Below, piece by piece: positions 9,742 through 18,322 of a stretch of DNA of 64,000 nucleotides. The first letter of the stretch is position 1; the number at the start of each line of letters is the position of its first letter. Source of the stretch: Gemmatimonadota bacterium (GTDB taxonomy: Bacteria; Gemmatimonadota; Gemmatimonadetes; Gemmatimonadales; GWC2-71-9); NCBI GenBank assembly GCA_039588295.1, contig JBDHAB010000001.1, forward strand, positions 288,001 through 352,000, given 5' to 3'. The position numbers were made by a program, and so were the translations under genes. Under the pieces are notes generated by a model, which ran no database searches, was not told the origin of the DNA, and was given only the letters and a program-made list of their open reading frames with translations.

Positions 9742-9839
9742 AAGCTAAACCGGCTCGTGACGTCGGTGCCAGTGTGTAAGGGCTGTCGCGCACTCCTGCC
9801 CGGCGGTAATCTCTGTGCAACCGGAACGGGTGCTCTTCT

Positions 9840-10571
9840 GTGGATCCTACGTTCGTCGTCCTGATCTATTCAGTGGGCGCAGCCAGCGTTAGCGGCCTCG
9901 GGGCGGTCCCGCTGATGGTCCGAGCTCGGCTGCCACTCTCGTGGATCGGGTGGTCGAACGCGCTCGCGGCCGGACTCATGCTGGGAGCCGCCTACGCGCT
10001 GATGGTCATGGGGCTCGAGCGAGTCACCGGGGCCGAAATGCTCGGTGCGTTGATCGGGATCGGTTTTGTGTATTGGACGCACGCAGTCTCAGGCACGGCC
10101 GATCTCGACTTGAACCGCCTCGAGGAGACGAGCCCGGTCTACGGGTACAAGGTGCTGCTCAGCGACACGCTCCACGCGTCCGCCGAAGGCGTGGCCATCG
10201 GCGTCGCGATGACGGTGAGCCTGCCGTTCGGAGCGTTCATGGCGCTCGCGATCGCGGTCCATAACATTCCCGAGGCGACGGTGCTTGCGGCGATCCTCAC
10301 GAGTCGCGGTGTCCGGCTGCGTGACGCGGCGGGGCTCGCCGTTGCCGCCAACGTGAGTCAAGTTCTGCTGGCGATCGTGAGCTTCGCACTCATCACCGCC
10401 GCGCCCGCATTGCTCCCATGGGGACTCGGCTTTGCGGTCGGATCCTTGGTCTATCTCGTGATGGTCGAGCTGCTTCCCGAATGTTACCGACAGGCGGGAC
10501 ACACGAGCATCGCATTGGTGACCATCGTTGCGATGGGGATTCTGGTGCTGCTGGTTGGCGGCGGGATGTAG
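9840..10571 (+). CDS. ZIP (ZupT-like) divalent metal transporter
   Basis: Multi-TM protein with HASAEG and HNIPEA motifs and ELLPE. Confidence 0.85.
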   Translation: MDPTFVVLIYSVGAASVSGLGAVPLMVRARLPLSWIGWSNALAAGLMLGAAYALMVMGLERVTGAEMLGALIGIGFVYWTHAVSGTADLDLNRLEETSPVYGYKVLLSDTLHASAEGVAIGVAMTVSLPFGAFMALAIAVHNIPEATVLAAILTSRGVRLRDAAGLAVAANVSQVLLAIVSFALITAAPALLPWGLGFAVGSLVYLVMVELLPECYRQAGHTSIALVTIVAMGILVLLVGGGM

Positions 10572-10583
10572 GTGAGGTAACAC

Positions 10584-11312
10584 ATGAACCAGGTCTTCGT
10601 TGTGTTCCTCTATGGCCTCGCGACGGCTCTCGCGACTGGACTGGGAGCAGTGCCGTTCGCCTTCGCGCGACGGGTCTCGCCGAGCGCCATTGCGTACGCC
10701 AATGCGGTCGCCTCCGGCCTGATGCTCGGCGCGAGTTTCGGGCTCGTGGCCGAAGGGACGGACTACGGGAGTTGGCAGACTGTGCTCGGCGCATTGTCGG
10801 GTGTGGCGTTCATCCGGCTCACCCAAGTACTCCTGCGGCGACACGACCTTGAGTTTGGCAAGGTCCGCGGCGGGGGTGCGCGGCAGATGCTGTTGATGCT
10901 GATCGTCATGACCGTGCACTCGTTTGCCGAAGGGGTCGCCGTCGGCGTGTCCTTCGGCGGCGGCATGACGCTCGCCTTCGTGATCGTGGTCGCCATCGCC
11001 GTCCACAACATTCCTGAAGGGCTCGCCATCAGTGCCGTGTTGCGTCCCCGTGGCATGTCGGTGGCGGCCTGTGCCGGCTGGAGCATCATGTCCTCGCTCC
11101 CGCAGCCGATCATGGCGGTGCCGGCCTTCCTCCTCGTTGACGCCTTCACCCGCGTGCTTCCGTACGGCATTGGGTTCGCCGCCGGCGCGATGGTCTTCTT
11201 GGTACTCGAAGAGCTATTGCCGGAGGCGTTCGATCGGGCGCGACGTCCCCACGTCGCCCTGGTGGTGAGTCTCACGCTCGTCGGCATGATGGTGTTCCAA
11301 CGCTTCCTGTGA
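10584..11312 (+). CDS. ZIP (ZupT-like) divalent metal transporter
   Basis: HSFAEG and AIAVHNIPEG motifs, ELLPEA; GAGG RBS. Confidence 0.9.
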   Translation: MNQVFVVFLYGLATALATGLGAVPFAFARRVSPSAIAYANAVASGLMLGASFGLVAEGTDYGSWQTVLGALSGVAFIRLTQVLLRRHDLEFGKVRGGGARQMLLMLIVMTVHSFAEGVAVGVSFGGGMTLAFVIVVAIAVHNIPEGLAISAVLRPRGMSVAACAGWSIMSSLPQPIMAVPAFLLVDAFTRVLPYGIGFAAGAMVFLVLEELLPEAFDRARRPHVALVVSLTLVGMMVFQRFL

Positions 11313-11415
11313 CGCGTGGCGGCGTCGCACCCAATGCCGAGAGTGAGAGACAGACGGCGGGAGCACATGGATGCGCTCCCGCCGTGGCTATCCGAGCCGT
11401 GTCACGCGGTTGCCG

Positions 11416-13038
11416 TCAGAACGGCCGGAACCCTGGAGACCCGAACGTCTCCATGGCGAGATGGCTGCTGAGTGGGTAGGCGTATGCGATAACGACGAGC
11501 ACGACTGCCACGACGACCCACACCCACATCCGATCGAAGACACCGAGACGCTGCGGGTTCCCGGCGACCGGCACTGCAAACTCCAGTGCCGGCTGCTCAC
11601 GACGTTGGCCGGCGAGGACAGTGCCCAGCATCACGAGCAGGAAGAAGGACGCACTGATGAAGAGGAGAATGCCTCCGAGTGCAGAGACTAGTGTGAGGCT
11701 TGACCACTGTGCGGCGATCTCGCTGCCACCATACCCTGTCTCGAACACACGCCGCGGCATGCCCATGAGTCCGGTGATGTGGTTCGAAATGGAGAACAGC
11801 AGCATCCCGAGGAACCACAAGTAGGGCTGCACTCTAGCGAGCAGTCCCAACTCGAGTTCTCGGCCCGTCAGTTTCGGCACGAGCCAGTAGGAAGCGCCCA
11901 TGAACGTGAGTGCCGTTGCGGTGCCAACCGTCAAGTGAAAGTGGCCCTGGATCCACGCGGTGTTGTGCACCATCGAGTTCATGCCGAAGGCGGCGTTGAT
12001 GGATCCTCCGAATCCGCCGATGGCGAAGAGCAACATGCTCAGTAACACAGACGCCACCAATGGGTCGCCCCACGGGAGCTTCCCCAACCAGTCGAACAGG
12101 CCGCGCGCGCCCTTCATCCGGCCGGCCACCTCGAGCGACGCGGTCACTGTGAACGCGGTGACGAAGCTGGGAAACAGAATGCCGAAGGTCGTCAGGGTGT
12201 GCACCATCTTCCAGCCCGAACTGATGCCTGGGTCCATGAACTGGTGATGGAATCCGACGGGTGCCGAGAGGATGATGAACAGCGCGAAGACCATTCGAGC
12301 GAGCGGATCACTGAAGAGGCGCCCGCCGGCCACGCGTGGCACGACCGCGTACCAAATCACGTAGGCCGGGATGAGCCAGAAGTACACCAGCGGGTGCCCG
12401 AAGTACCAGAACAGCATTCGGGCGAGCAGTGGATCGACGGTCTCTTTCAGTCCAAGTGACCACGGCACGAGTTGGAACAGCATCTCCACAGCGACGCCGA
12501 CAGTGGCGAGGAGCCACACGATGATCGTGGTCATGATGCCGTAGACCGCGAGGGGTACCGGCTGTCCGGGATTGTCCCGCCGCCACCCCAAGTACGTGGC
12601 GATCGTCACCGCGCTCCAAATCCAGGATCCCACGACCACCAGCGTGAGCCCGATGTAGAATGCCGGATGGGCCTGCATGGGAGGGTAGAACGTGTACAAC
12701 ACGCTGGCCTTCCCCCAAAGAATGGCCCAGCCGGCGGCGAGCGTTCCGATGACCGCGACCCAGAACCCAACCCAGGCGAGTCCGGCGCCCTTGAGCGGTC
12801 GGCCCAGCGCCCGGGTCGTGAGCGCCACGCCCAATCCCATGATGAAGAAGGTCGTGAAGATCAGGGCCATCAGCACGCCATGACCGGTGACCGAGAGGTA
12901 GTACATGCTGGCGGTGCGCCCCGGCAGATCGAGGGCTGCGCGTGACAGCGCCTGCATGAATGCCATGAACGTCGCGATGCCGAAGGCACCCACCGCGACG
13001 CCAATGTTGGCCGTAGCGAGGCGTCGATTGTACATCAT
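11416..13038 (-). CDS. cbaA: ba3-type (B-family) cytochrome c oxidase subunit I
   Basis: All six His ligands present: HGVLM, WYFGHPLVYFW (His-Tyr), GFHHQF, GHFH; GMPRR. Start placed at ATG 13038. Confidence 0.92.
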   Translation of the reverse strand: MMYNRRLATANIGVAVGAFGIATFMAFMQALSRAALDLPGRTASMYYLSVTGHGVLMALIFTTFFIMGLGVALTTRALGRPLKGAGLAWVGFWVAVIGTLAAGWAILWGKASVLYTFYPPMQAHPAFYIGLTLVVVGSWIWSAVTIATYLGWRRDNPGQPVPLAVYGIMTTIIVWLLATVGVAVEMLFQLVPWSLGLKETVDPLLARMLFWYFGHPLVYFWLIPAYVIWYAVVPRVAGGRLFSDPLARMVFALFIILSAPVGFHHQFMDPGISSGWKMVHTLTTFGILFPSFVTAFTVTASLEVAGRMKGARGLFDWLGKLPWGDPLVASVLLSMLLFAIGGFGGSINAAFGMNSMVHNTAWIQGHFHLTVGTATALTFMGASYWLVPKLTGRELELGLLARVQPYLWFLGMLLFSISNHITGLMGMPRRVFETGYGGSEIAAQWSSLTLVSALGGILLFISASFFLLVMLGTVLAGQRREQPALEFAVPVAGNPQRLGVFDRMWVWVVVAVVLVVIAYAYPLSSHLAMETFGSPGFRPF

Positions 13039-13511
13039 GAACCCTCCTCGACGATCAACTTCGCGGCCATGTTGTGATGCCCCGTGCCACAGTACTCGTT
13101 GCACACGATCAGATATTCACCCGGTGTGTCGAACGTCGTGGTGAGTTGGCTGACGTAGCCGGGGATGACCATGGTGTTCACGTTCGTCCCGACGATTTGG
13201 AACCCATGGACGATGTCGGGACTCGTCATGCGGAACGTGACGGGTCTCCCTGCGGGAACCCGGATCTCGCCGGGTTGAAAGACCCAAATCTGGGCGACCA
13301 GCGTCACCTCGACACTGCCGTCCGGATTGACCTTCACGCCGCGGTCGGCGAAGCGGGCGTCAGCGAACACCGTTCGCGGGTCAATGGTCTCGACGTGGCT
13401 CGGCGGCACACGTCCTTGCGAGACCGTGGCGAACCCGATGGCACCGAGAAACAGCACGATAATCGCGCCGGCGGCCCACATCCAGATTTTCTCATAGAGA
13501 TCGATGTGCAT
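13035..13511 (-). CDS. cbaB: ba3-type cytochrome c oxidase subunit II (CuA)
   Basis: Single N-terminal TM, DIVHGF and CNEYCGTGHHNM CuA motif. Confidence 0.93.
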   Translation of the reverse strand: MHIDLYEKIWMWAAGAIIVLFLGAIGFATVSQGRVPPSHVETIDPRTVFADARFADRGVKVNPDGSVEVTLVAQIWVFQPGEIRVPAGRPVTFRMTSPDIVHGFQIVGTNVNTMVIPGYVSQLTTTFDTPGEYLIVCNEYCGTGHHNMAAKLIVEEGS

Positions 13512-13517
13512 GACGTC

Positions 13518-13658
13518 CTACCTCGTCACGACGCCGCGGGGCAGATACACGAAGAGAAAGATCGCGAGCCAGCCGACGGCAAACAGCAAGCCGTAGAGTC
13601 CGACCAGCGCCAGGGTTCCGCGCGGGTGCTTCCCGAGGTCCGGGGGTTGGTCACTCAT
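13518..13658 (-). CDS. cbaD: ba3-type cytochrome c oxidase small subunit IIa (46 aa)
   Basis: MSDQPPDLGKHPRGTLALVGLYGLLFAVGWLAIFLFVYLPRGVVTR: a single TM with the P(K/R)G..A...W...RG pattern of subunit IIa, AAGGAG RBS, directly upstream of subunit II. Below the ORF-track cut-off. Confidence 0.8.
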   Translation of the reverse strand: MSDQPPDLGKHPRGTLALVGLYGLLFAVGWLAIFLFVYLPRGVVTR

Positions 13659-13696
13659 GCAGCTCTCCTTGTCAGAACAGGGGACTACCGAATGGG

Positions 13697-14098
13697 TTAG
13701 ATCCTGCCCTCAGCGACGGCGCGCACGATATCGCTTTGCGCGACGACGCCAAGAAGCTCGTCGGCCGAAACGACAAACAGGCGGTGCACGTCTAGCTCGA
13801 GCATCTGTTTGGCAGCCAAGCGCACATCTGCGTCCGGTCCGATGGTTTTCGGGGGCGTGGTCATGATGTCACGCACCGTGGTATCCTCGAAGAATTCTTC
13901 GCCGTCACCGGAGCTCGATCGTTCGGCGGTCGCCTGCACGATGTCGCTGGAGGACAGCACGCCGACCAGCCGCCCGCGGCGATCGACCACCGGTACGGCG
14001 TGCACGTGGGCATCGGCCAACTGCATCACTGCCTCTTGGACCAAGACGTCTTGGTGAACGACCGTGAGATCGGTGATCATCAATGATGCAACGTTCAT
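13697..14098 (-). CDS. CBS-pair domain protein
   Basis: Two CBS repeats (VPVVDRRGRLVGVLSSSDI; VRDIMT...LLGVVAQSDI). Confidence 0.9.
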   Translation of the reverse strand: MNVASLMITDLTVVHQDVLVQEAVMQLADAHVHAVPVVDRRGRLVGVLSSSDIVQATAERSSSGDGEEFFEDTTVRDIMTTPPKTIGPDADVRLAAKQMLELDVHRLFVVSADELLGVVAQSDIVRAVAEGRI

Positions 14099-14198
14099 GG
14101 CGTCTCGCCCTCTTGGCGTCCCAGCAGCGCGTGGTGCTGGCGGGGTATGCTACGGAAACGCGCCGCCGACGCAAGTCCTTGGCGCATCGTTGCGTGAG

Positions 14199-15071
14199 TC
14201 AACGATTCTGGCCCGCCCCCCGGACGGGAACGACCAGCACGGATGTCGGCAGCCGGTTCAGGAGCCGTTCCGTCGTGCTACCGAGCAGCACGCGATCCAC
14301 CCAGCCCTTGCCGTGCGAACCCACGATGACGAGGTCTGCCTTCCATTCGGCGGCTTCGTCGGCTATAGAGCGGGCCGGAGCACCGACCCGAACCACCCTG
14401 TCGAGTTGGCGGCCGGGTGCTGCCGCGTCCAGCAGCTCGTTGGTGCTCGCCTCGGCCAGTCGGATGTGCTCCTCTTCGTTGAGCTGTACGCCTACGTCCG
14501 GGACGGAGGGAAGCGGCTCGACCACGTGAAGGACTCGCAGCGTTGCCGCGAACGCGTTGCTGAACCGCTGCGCCGCGTGGAGTGCCAGCGCGGCGGCATC
14601 TGACTGGTCCACCGCAACCAGCACGCGGTGGAACGTCGTCATCGGTGCTGTGACCACGAGGAGCGGGACATCGATCGTTCGCACCGCGTTGTGGACCGTG
14701 CTCCCACCGAACCATCGGACGGGTGCGGCGTGGTGCTTGCCGCCCAGAACAAGCAACTCGGCTCGGTGTTGGGTGACCGCTTGGGCCAGCATCCACGTCG
14801 GGTTGCCGACGCGGACCTCGAGGCGCTCGAGCGCCTCCGGCTGCACGCGGTTGCGGAGGTACTCCTCGACCGCTCCACGAGCCGCCGCGGTCCACCCCTC
14901 GGCCAGCCGTTCGCGATCTCGTGTGGGAAGATGAGGTGCGGTGGGCTCCTTGGCCACGTGGACCAGGTGGCAGGGCGCACTGGTGGCCTGGGCCACAGCG
15001 AGGCCGGCAGCGGCCGCCTGCACTCCCTCGGGCGAAGGATCGACGCCGACCACGACCGGTCGCCAAGTCAT
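14199..15071 (-). CDS. Tandem universal stress protein
   Basis: Two USP domains; ADLVIVGSHGKG...LLGSTTERLL. Confidence 0.9.
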   Translation of the reverse strand: MTWRPVVVGVDPSPEGVQAAAAGLAVAQATSAPCHLVHVAKEPTAPHLPTRDRERLAEGWTAAARGAVEEYLRNRVQPEALERLEVRVGNPTWMLAQAVTQHRAELLVLGGKHHAAPVRWFGGSTVHNAVRTIDVPLLVVTAPMTTFHRVLVAVDQSDAAALALHAAQRFSNAFAATLRVLHVVEPLPSVPDVGVQLNEEEHIRLAEASTNELLDAAAPGRQLDRVVRVGAPARSIADEAAEWKADLVIVGSHGKGWVDRVLLGSTTERLLNRLPTSVLVVPVRGAGQNR

Positions 15072-15143
15072 GATGGCCGGCCCCGGCCCGAAGGCCGCGT
15101 GTGAGAGAGATCAGAATTGCGTGACACGGTTGGCGCCCAGGCG

Positions 15144-15173
15144 AGTGTAGCCGTCACTCCTGCGCCCCGTCAA
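15144..15173 (-). promoter_or_regulatory. Sigma70-type promoter upstream of the usp gene
   Basis: Minus strand TTGACG, 18-bp spacer, TACACT. Confidence 0.55.
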
Positions 15174-15244
15174 GCCGTGCCTCCAGGAGGCGGTGAAGCC
15201 GGATTCAGCCCAATTTCACTCCAACTTCATAGCGTATTCGCTAG

Positions 15245-15503
15245 GCTGGGGCCGTCATCCTTCTTGGGTGGCCACTGCGGGAATGCCCTTTGAGGGAAGG
15301 GCCGGCGTTCGCGGCGCCGCTAAGGTTCGAGGGGGTTTTGGCATCGGCCGCAGGCAAGACGAACGGGATCGTTGCGCATGTAATCCGATGCATTGAGACC
15401 GGCAAAGCCCTGTGTCACCGCCCGGTCTATGGCGCATGAACCGAACCTTGGAGGGAAATCCCTCACCCCCGGTGCACGGGAGGGCACCGGGGGTTTCTTT
15501 TTT
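15245..15503 (+). ncRNA. Candidate structured non-coding RNA (family unknown)
   Basis: Intergenic stretch with no credible ORF, several nested helices (15320-15329/15442-15451; 15396-15402/15422-15428) and a + strand intrinsic terminator although both flanking genes are on the - strand. The 5' end is uncertain. Confidence 0.5.
15466..15503 (+). terminator. Rho-independent terminator
   Basis: CCCCCGGTGC-loop-GCACCGGGGG followed by TTTCTTTTTT. Confidence 0.85.
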
Positions 15504-15516
15504 GCCCGGAGTTGGC

Positions 15517-16932
15517 CTACCGTCGTTGCGGTCCGGCCAGCTCGACCTTCATGCCGTCCTCGGCAACCTGTGCGGTCCAGCCGTACCGCTCTCGAATCGC
15601 CCCTGCCAACGTCTCGGCCGCGGTCGGTTCGCCGTGCACCAGGTAGGTTTCGAGCGGCGGTTCCTCAAAACCGGAGAGCCATTGTAGGAGTTCGCTCTGG
15701 TCGGCGTGGGCGGAGAGGCCGTCCAGCGTGTCGACGCTGGCTCGCACCCTGATATCGCGGCCGTGAATTCGAACCTCGTCGGCACCTTCCTGCAGCCGCC
15801 GGCCACGCGTTCCGGCCGCCTGGAATCCAGCCAGCAGCACCGTGGTGCGCCGGTCGGAGAGTCGGAGCTTGAGGTGATGGAGAATCCGGCCGCCCGTGGC
15901 CATGCCGCTCGCGGAAATGATGACGACGGGTCCGCGGATGTCGTTGAGCGCCATCGAATCTTCCTGCGACTTGGCGAGGCTGAAGTTCTCCGGATACAGC
16001 GGGCACTGTCCCGTCTTCCGCACCATTTGCATGTCCAGATCGTGCTCGTTGGTATGCGTGAGGTAGATGTCGGTGACGTCAATCGCCATTGGGCTGTCGA
16101 TGTAGACGGGAAGCTCCGGGATACGTTTCTCGTCCTCCAATTGGCGGATCCACCACAGCAGTTCCTGCGTGCGGCCGACCGCGAAGGCGGGTACGAGAAG
16201 AGCCCCACCACGCTCTGCAGCAACACGGACACATTCCGCCAGTTCCTCGTGGACGTCTCGAGGGTGGTGCCGGTTGCCGTAAGTCGATTCCAGGAGTAGG
16301 TAGTCGGCGCGCGGCACCGGTTGCGGGTCGTGCAGAATCGGGCGGCCCCACCGACCCAGGTCTCCGGAAAACACCAGTCGTGTCGGTGAGGGTCCGTCCA
16401 GCTCCAGGTCCACGGTGGCTGAGCCCAGGATGTGACCGGCGGTGCGGAACGTGGCCACCATCCCATCGGTCACCCGAATCGTCTCGCCGAAGGGCTGGGG
16501 CTGGAGCAGCTCGAGCGCGGCTTCGGCGTCCGCCATGGTGTAGAGCGGCAACGCCGGTTTGTGTTTTGAGTAGCCGAGATGGTTGGCGTGTGCGGCGTGT
16601 TTCTCCTGGAGATACGCTGAATCCCGCAACAGCGAGCCGAGGAGGTCGGCGGTGGAGCGGGTACAGTAGACGGGACCCCGGAAGCCCCGGCGCGCAATCA
16701 GCGGCAGGTAGCCGGAATGGTCGATGTGTGCGTGGCTCAGAACCACGGCGTCGAGCCTCTTGGGTTCGAACGGTGGTGCCTCCCAGTTGCGCAAGCGTAA
16801 CGCCTTGAGGCCTTGGAACAGGCCGCAGTCGAGCAGGACCTGCTTGCCGTTCGCGGCTACGAGGTGCTTCGATCCGGTGACGGTGCCCGCAGCACCCAGG
16901 AAGCGAACGGTTGGTGAGGTTCGTTTCTTCAT
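15517..16932 (-). CDS. MBL-fold / beta-CASP ribonuclease (Ysh1-like RNA-specific family)
   Basis: FLGAAGTVTGS, LLDCGLFQG, SHAHIDHSG, GHILGS, ESTYG and SAHADQ motifs. Start placed at ATG 16932. Confidence 0.9.
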   Translation of the reverse strand: MKKRTSPTVRFLGAAGTVTGSKHLVAANGKQVLLDCGLFQGLKALRLRNWEAPPFEPKRLDAVVLSHAHIDHSGYLPLIARRGFRGPVYCTRSTADLLGSLLRDSAYLQEKHAAHANHLGYSKHKPALPLYTMADAEAALELLQPQPFGETIRVTDGMVATFRTAGHILGSATVDLELDGPSPTRLVFSGDLGRWGRPILHDPQPVPRADYLLLESTYGNRHHPRDVHEELAECVRVAAERGGALLVPAFAVGRTQELLWWIRQLEDEKRIPELPVYIDSPMAIDVTDIYLTHTNEHDLDMQMVRKTGQCPLYPENFSLAKSQEDSMALNDIRGPVVIISASGMATGGRILHHLKLRLSDRRTTVLLAGFQAAGTRGRRLQEGADEVRIHGRDIRVRASVDTLDGLSAHADQSELLQWLSGFEEPPLETYLVHGEPTAAETLAGAIRERYGWTAQVAEDGMKVELAGPQRR

Positions 16933-17173
16933 CACGTAGCTCTTCGTTGGCGGTTGCTCGGCCCCAACAACCGCGGTTGAGGTCAGCGGACCGCGGAAGT
17001 CTCGTGCCACATCGGCGCCGCGCAGGCGCGCGCAATCCACGTGGGGGTTGTGCGCTGGGTCATGTCCTCGCAGTAGTGGTACTGTAATTTGTATCCCGGC
17101 CAACCGACGGTGGCAATGGCCGCTTGAAGTATGGGTCGCGAGTGCGGTGTGACACCCTTGACGGAGGCTGTCC

Positions 17174-18058
17174 ATGCGGTGGCTCAGGAACGTGGCGCTG
17201 CGGGGCAACTTGCCGAACGCGGAATCGCTGACGATCGCTGCGGGTGCGAGTCTCGCGCAGGCGTGGACTGCGGTCGGAGAGCACTGTGGCATCGCGCAGA
17301 CCGAACTGGCCGGGCATGTCGCAAGGCAGTTCCATCTCGCGGTTACCGATCTGGCTACCTGCGAGCCGAAGGCGCTCAAGCTCGTGCCCGAGTCTGTCGC
17401 ACGGCACTTCCACGTGCTTCCGCTGCGAGAAGACGACCGCACCTTGGTTGTGGCCACCAGTGATCCGACCGACCAGGGCGTCGAGCGCGCACTTGGTCTC
17501 GTCTCGGGACGAGATGCACGATTTGCCGTTGCGCCGCCGACCCCGTTGGCGGAAGCCATCGACGCTCACTACACCCCGGATCTCCCCGTGCGTGCCGGGT
17601 CCGCGTCGCTGGACGGCGCTCGTCCAGCTGCAGAGGCGGCGACCTCCGCCACGACGAGGCTGCCCCCACACATCCTCTTAGCCGACGACGACCCCATCAT
17701 CCGGGCCATGGCTCGGACGATACTGGAATCCAGTGGGATGCAGGTCTCCGAAGCAGGCGACGGCGCCGCGGCGCTCGGCCAGCTCGAGACCGGTGGGTAT
17801 GACTTGCTGGTTCTGGACCTGCACATGCCGAAGCTCAACGGCATCGAGGTCCTCCGCCGCGTGCGGGCGTCCGCAACGACGGCTGATCTTCCAGTGGTTG
17901 TGGTTACGGGTTCCGACGCCGACGAAGCGGAGGTGCTCGTCCTGGAGGGAGGGGCGGACGACTACGTCCGGAAGCCGATCGATGCGCCGCGGTACGTGGC
18001 ACGGATCAAGGCGGTGTTGCGGCGGACGTGGGCGAACCGCGGCGCATCGAGCCCCTGA
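17174..18058 (+). CDS. GspE/PilB N-terminal (MshEN-like) domain fused to a receiver domain
   Basis: ALKLVPESVARHFHVLPL...LVVATSDP followed by a REC domain (ILLADDD, LDLHMP, ADDYVRKP). Confidence 0.8.
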   Translation: MRWLRNVALRGNLPNAESLTIAAGASLAQAWTAVGEHCGIAQTELAGHVARQFHLAVTDLATCEPKALKLVPESVARHFHVLPLREDDRTLVVATSDPTDQGVERALGLVSGRDARFAVAPPTPLAEAIDAHYTPDLPVRAGSASLDGARPAAEAATSATTRLPPHILLADDDPIIRAMARTILESSGMQVSEAGDGAAALGQLETGGYDLLVLDLHMPKLNGIEVLRRVRASATTADLPVVVVTGSDADEAEVLVLEGGADDYVRKPIDAPRYVARIKAVLRRTWANRGASSP

Positions 18059-18322
18059 TCGTACGTGGCAGACACTGGCCGGATTGCGAGCGAGGTCTCG
18101 ATAGGCCGCTTTCAAGCCGGACCGAATTGGGACATACTTCATAGACAAACGCCGATGCGCGCGGTGGAGCCGCCGTCAGAGTTCGGTCCACCCCGATACC
18201 GCCAGGGAAAGGACTGAGATGCCTCCTGCCTCCAGTGGCGTTCAATGCGTTGGACCGTCACCCCTCGCGCATCCCACGTGCCAGACAAGACCAGGCTCAG
18301 CCCACCTCGATTGGTCTCGACC

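Noticed and set aside
15248..15270. GGGGC start suggesting tmRNA or tRNA
   Set aside because: No T-arm/CCA end, tag ORF or cloverleaf was found. RNase P and SRP signature motifs are also absent.
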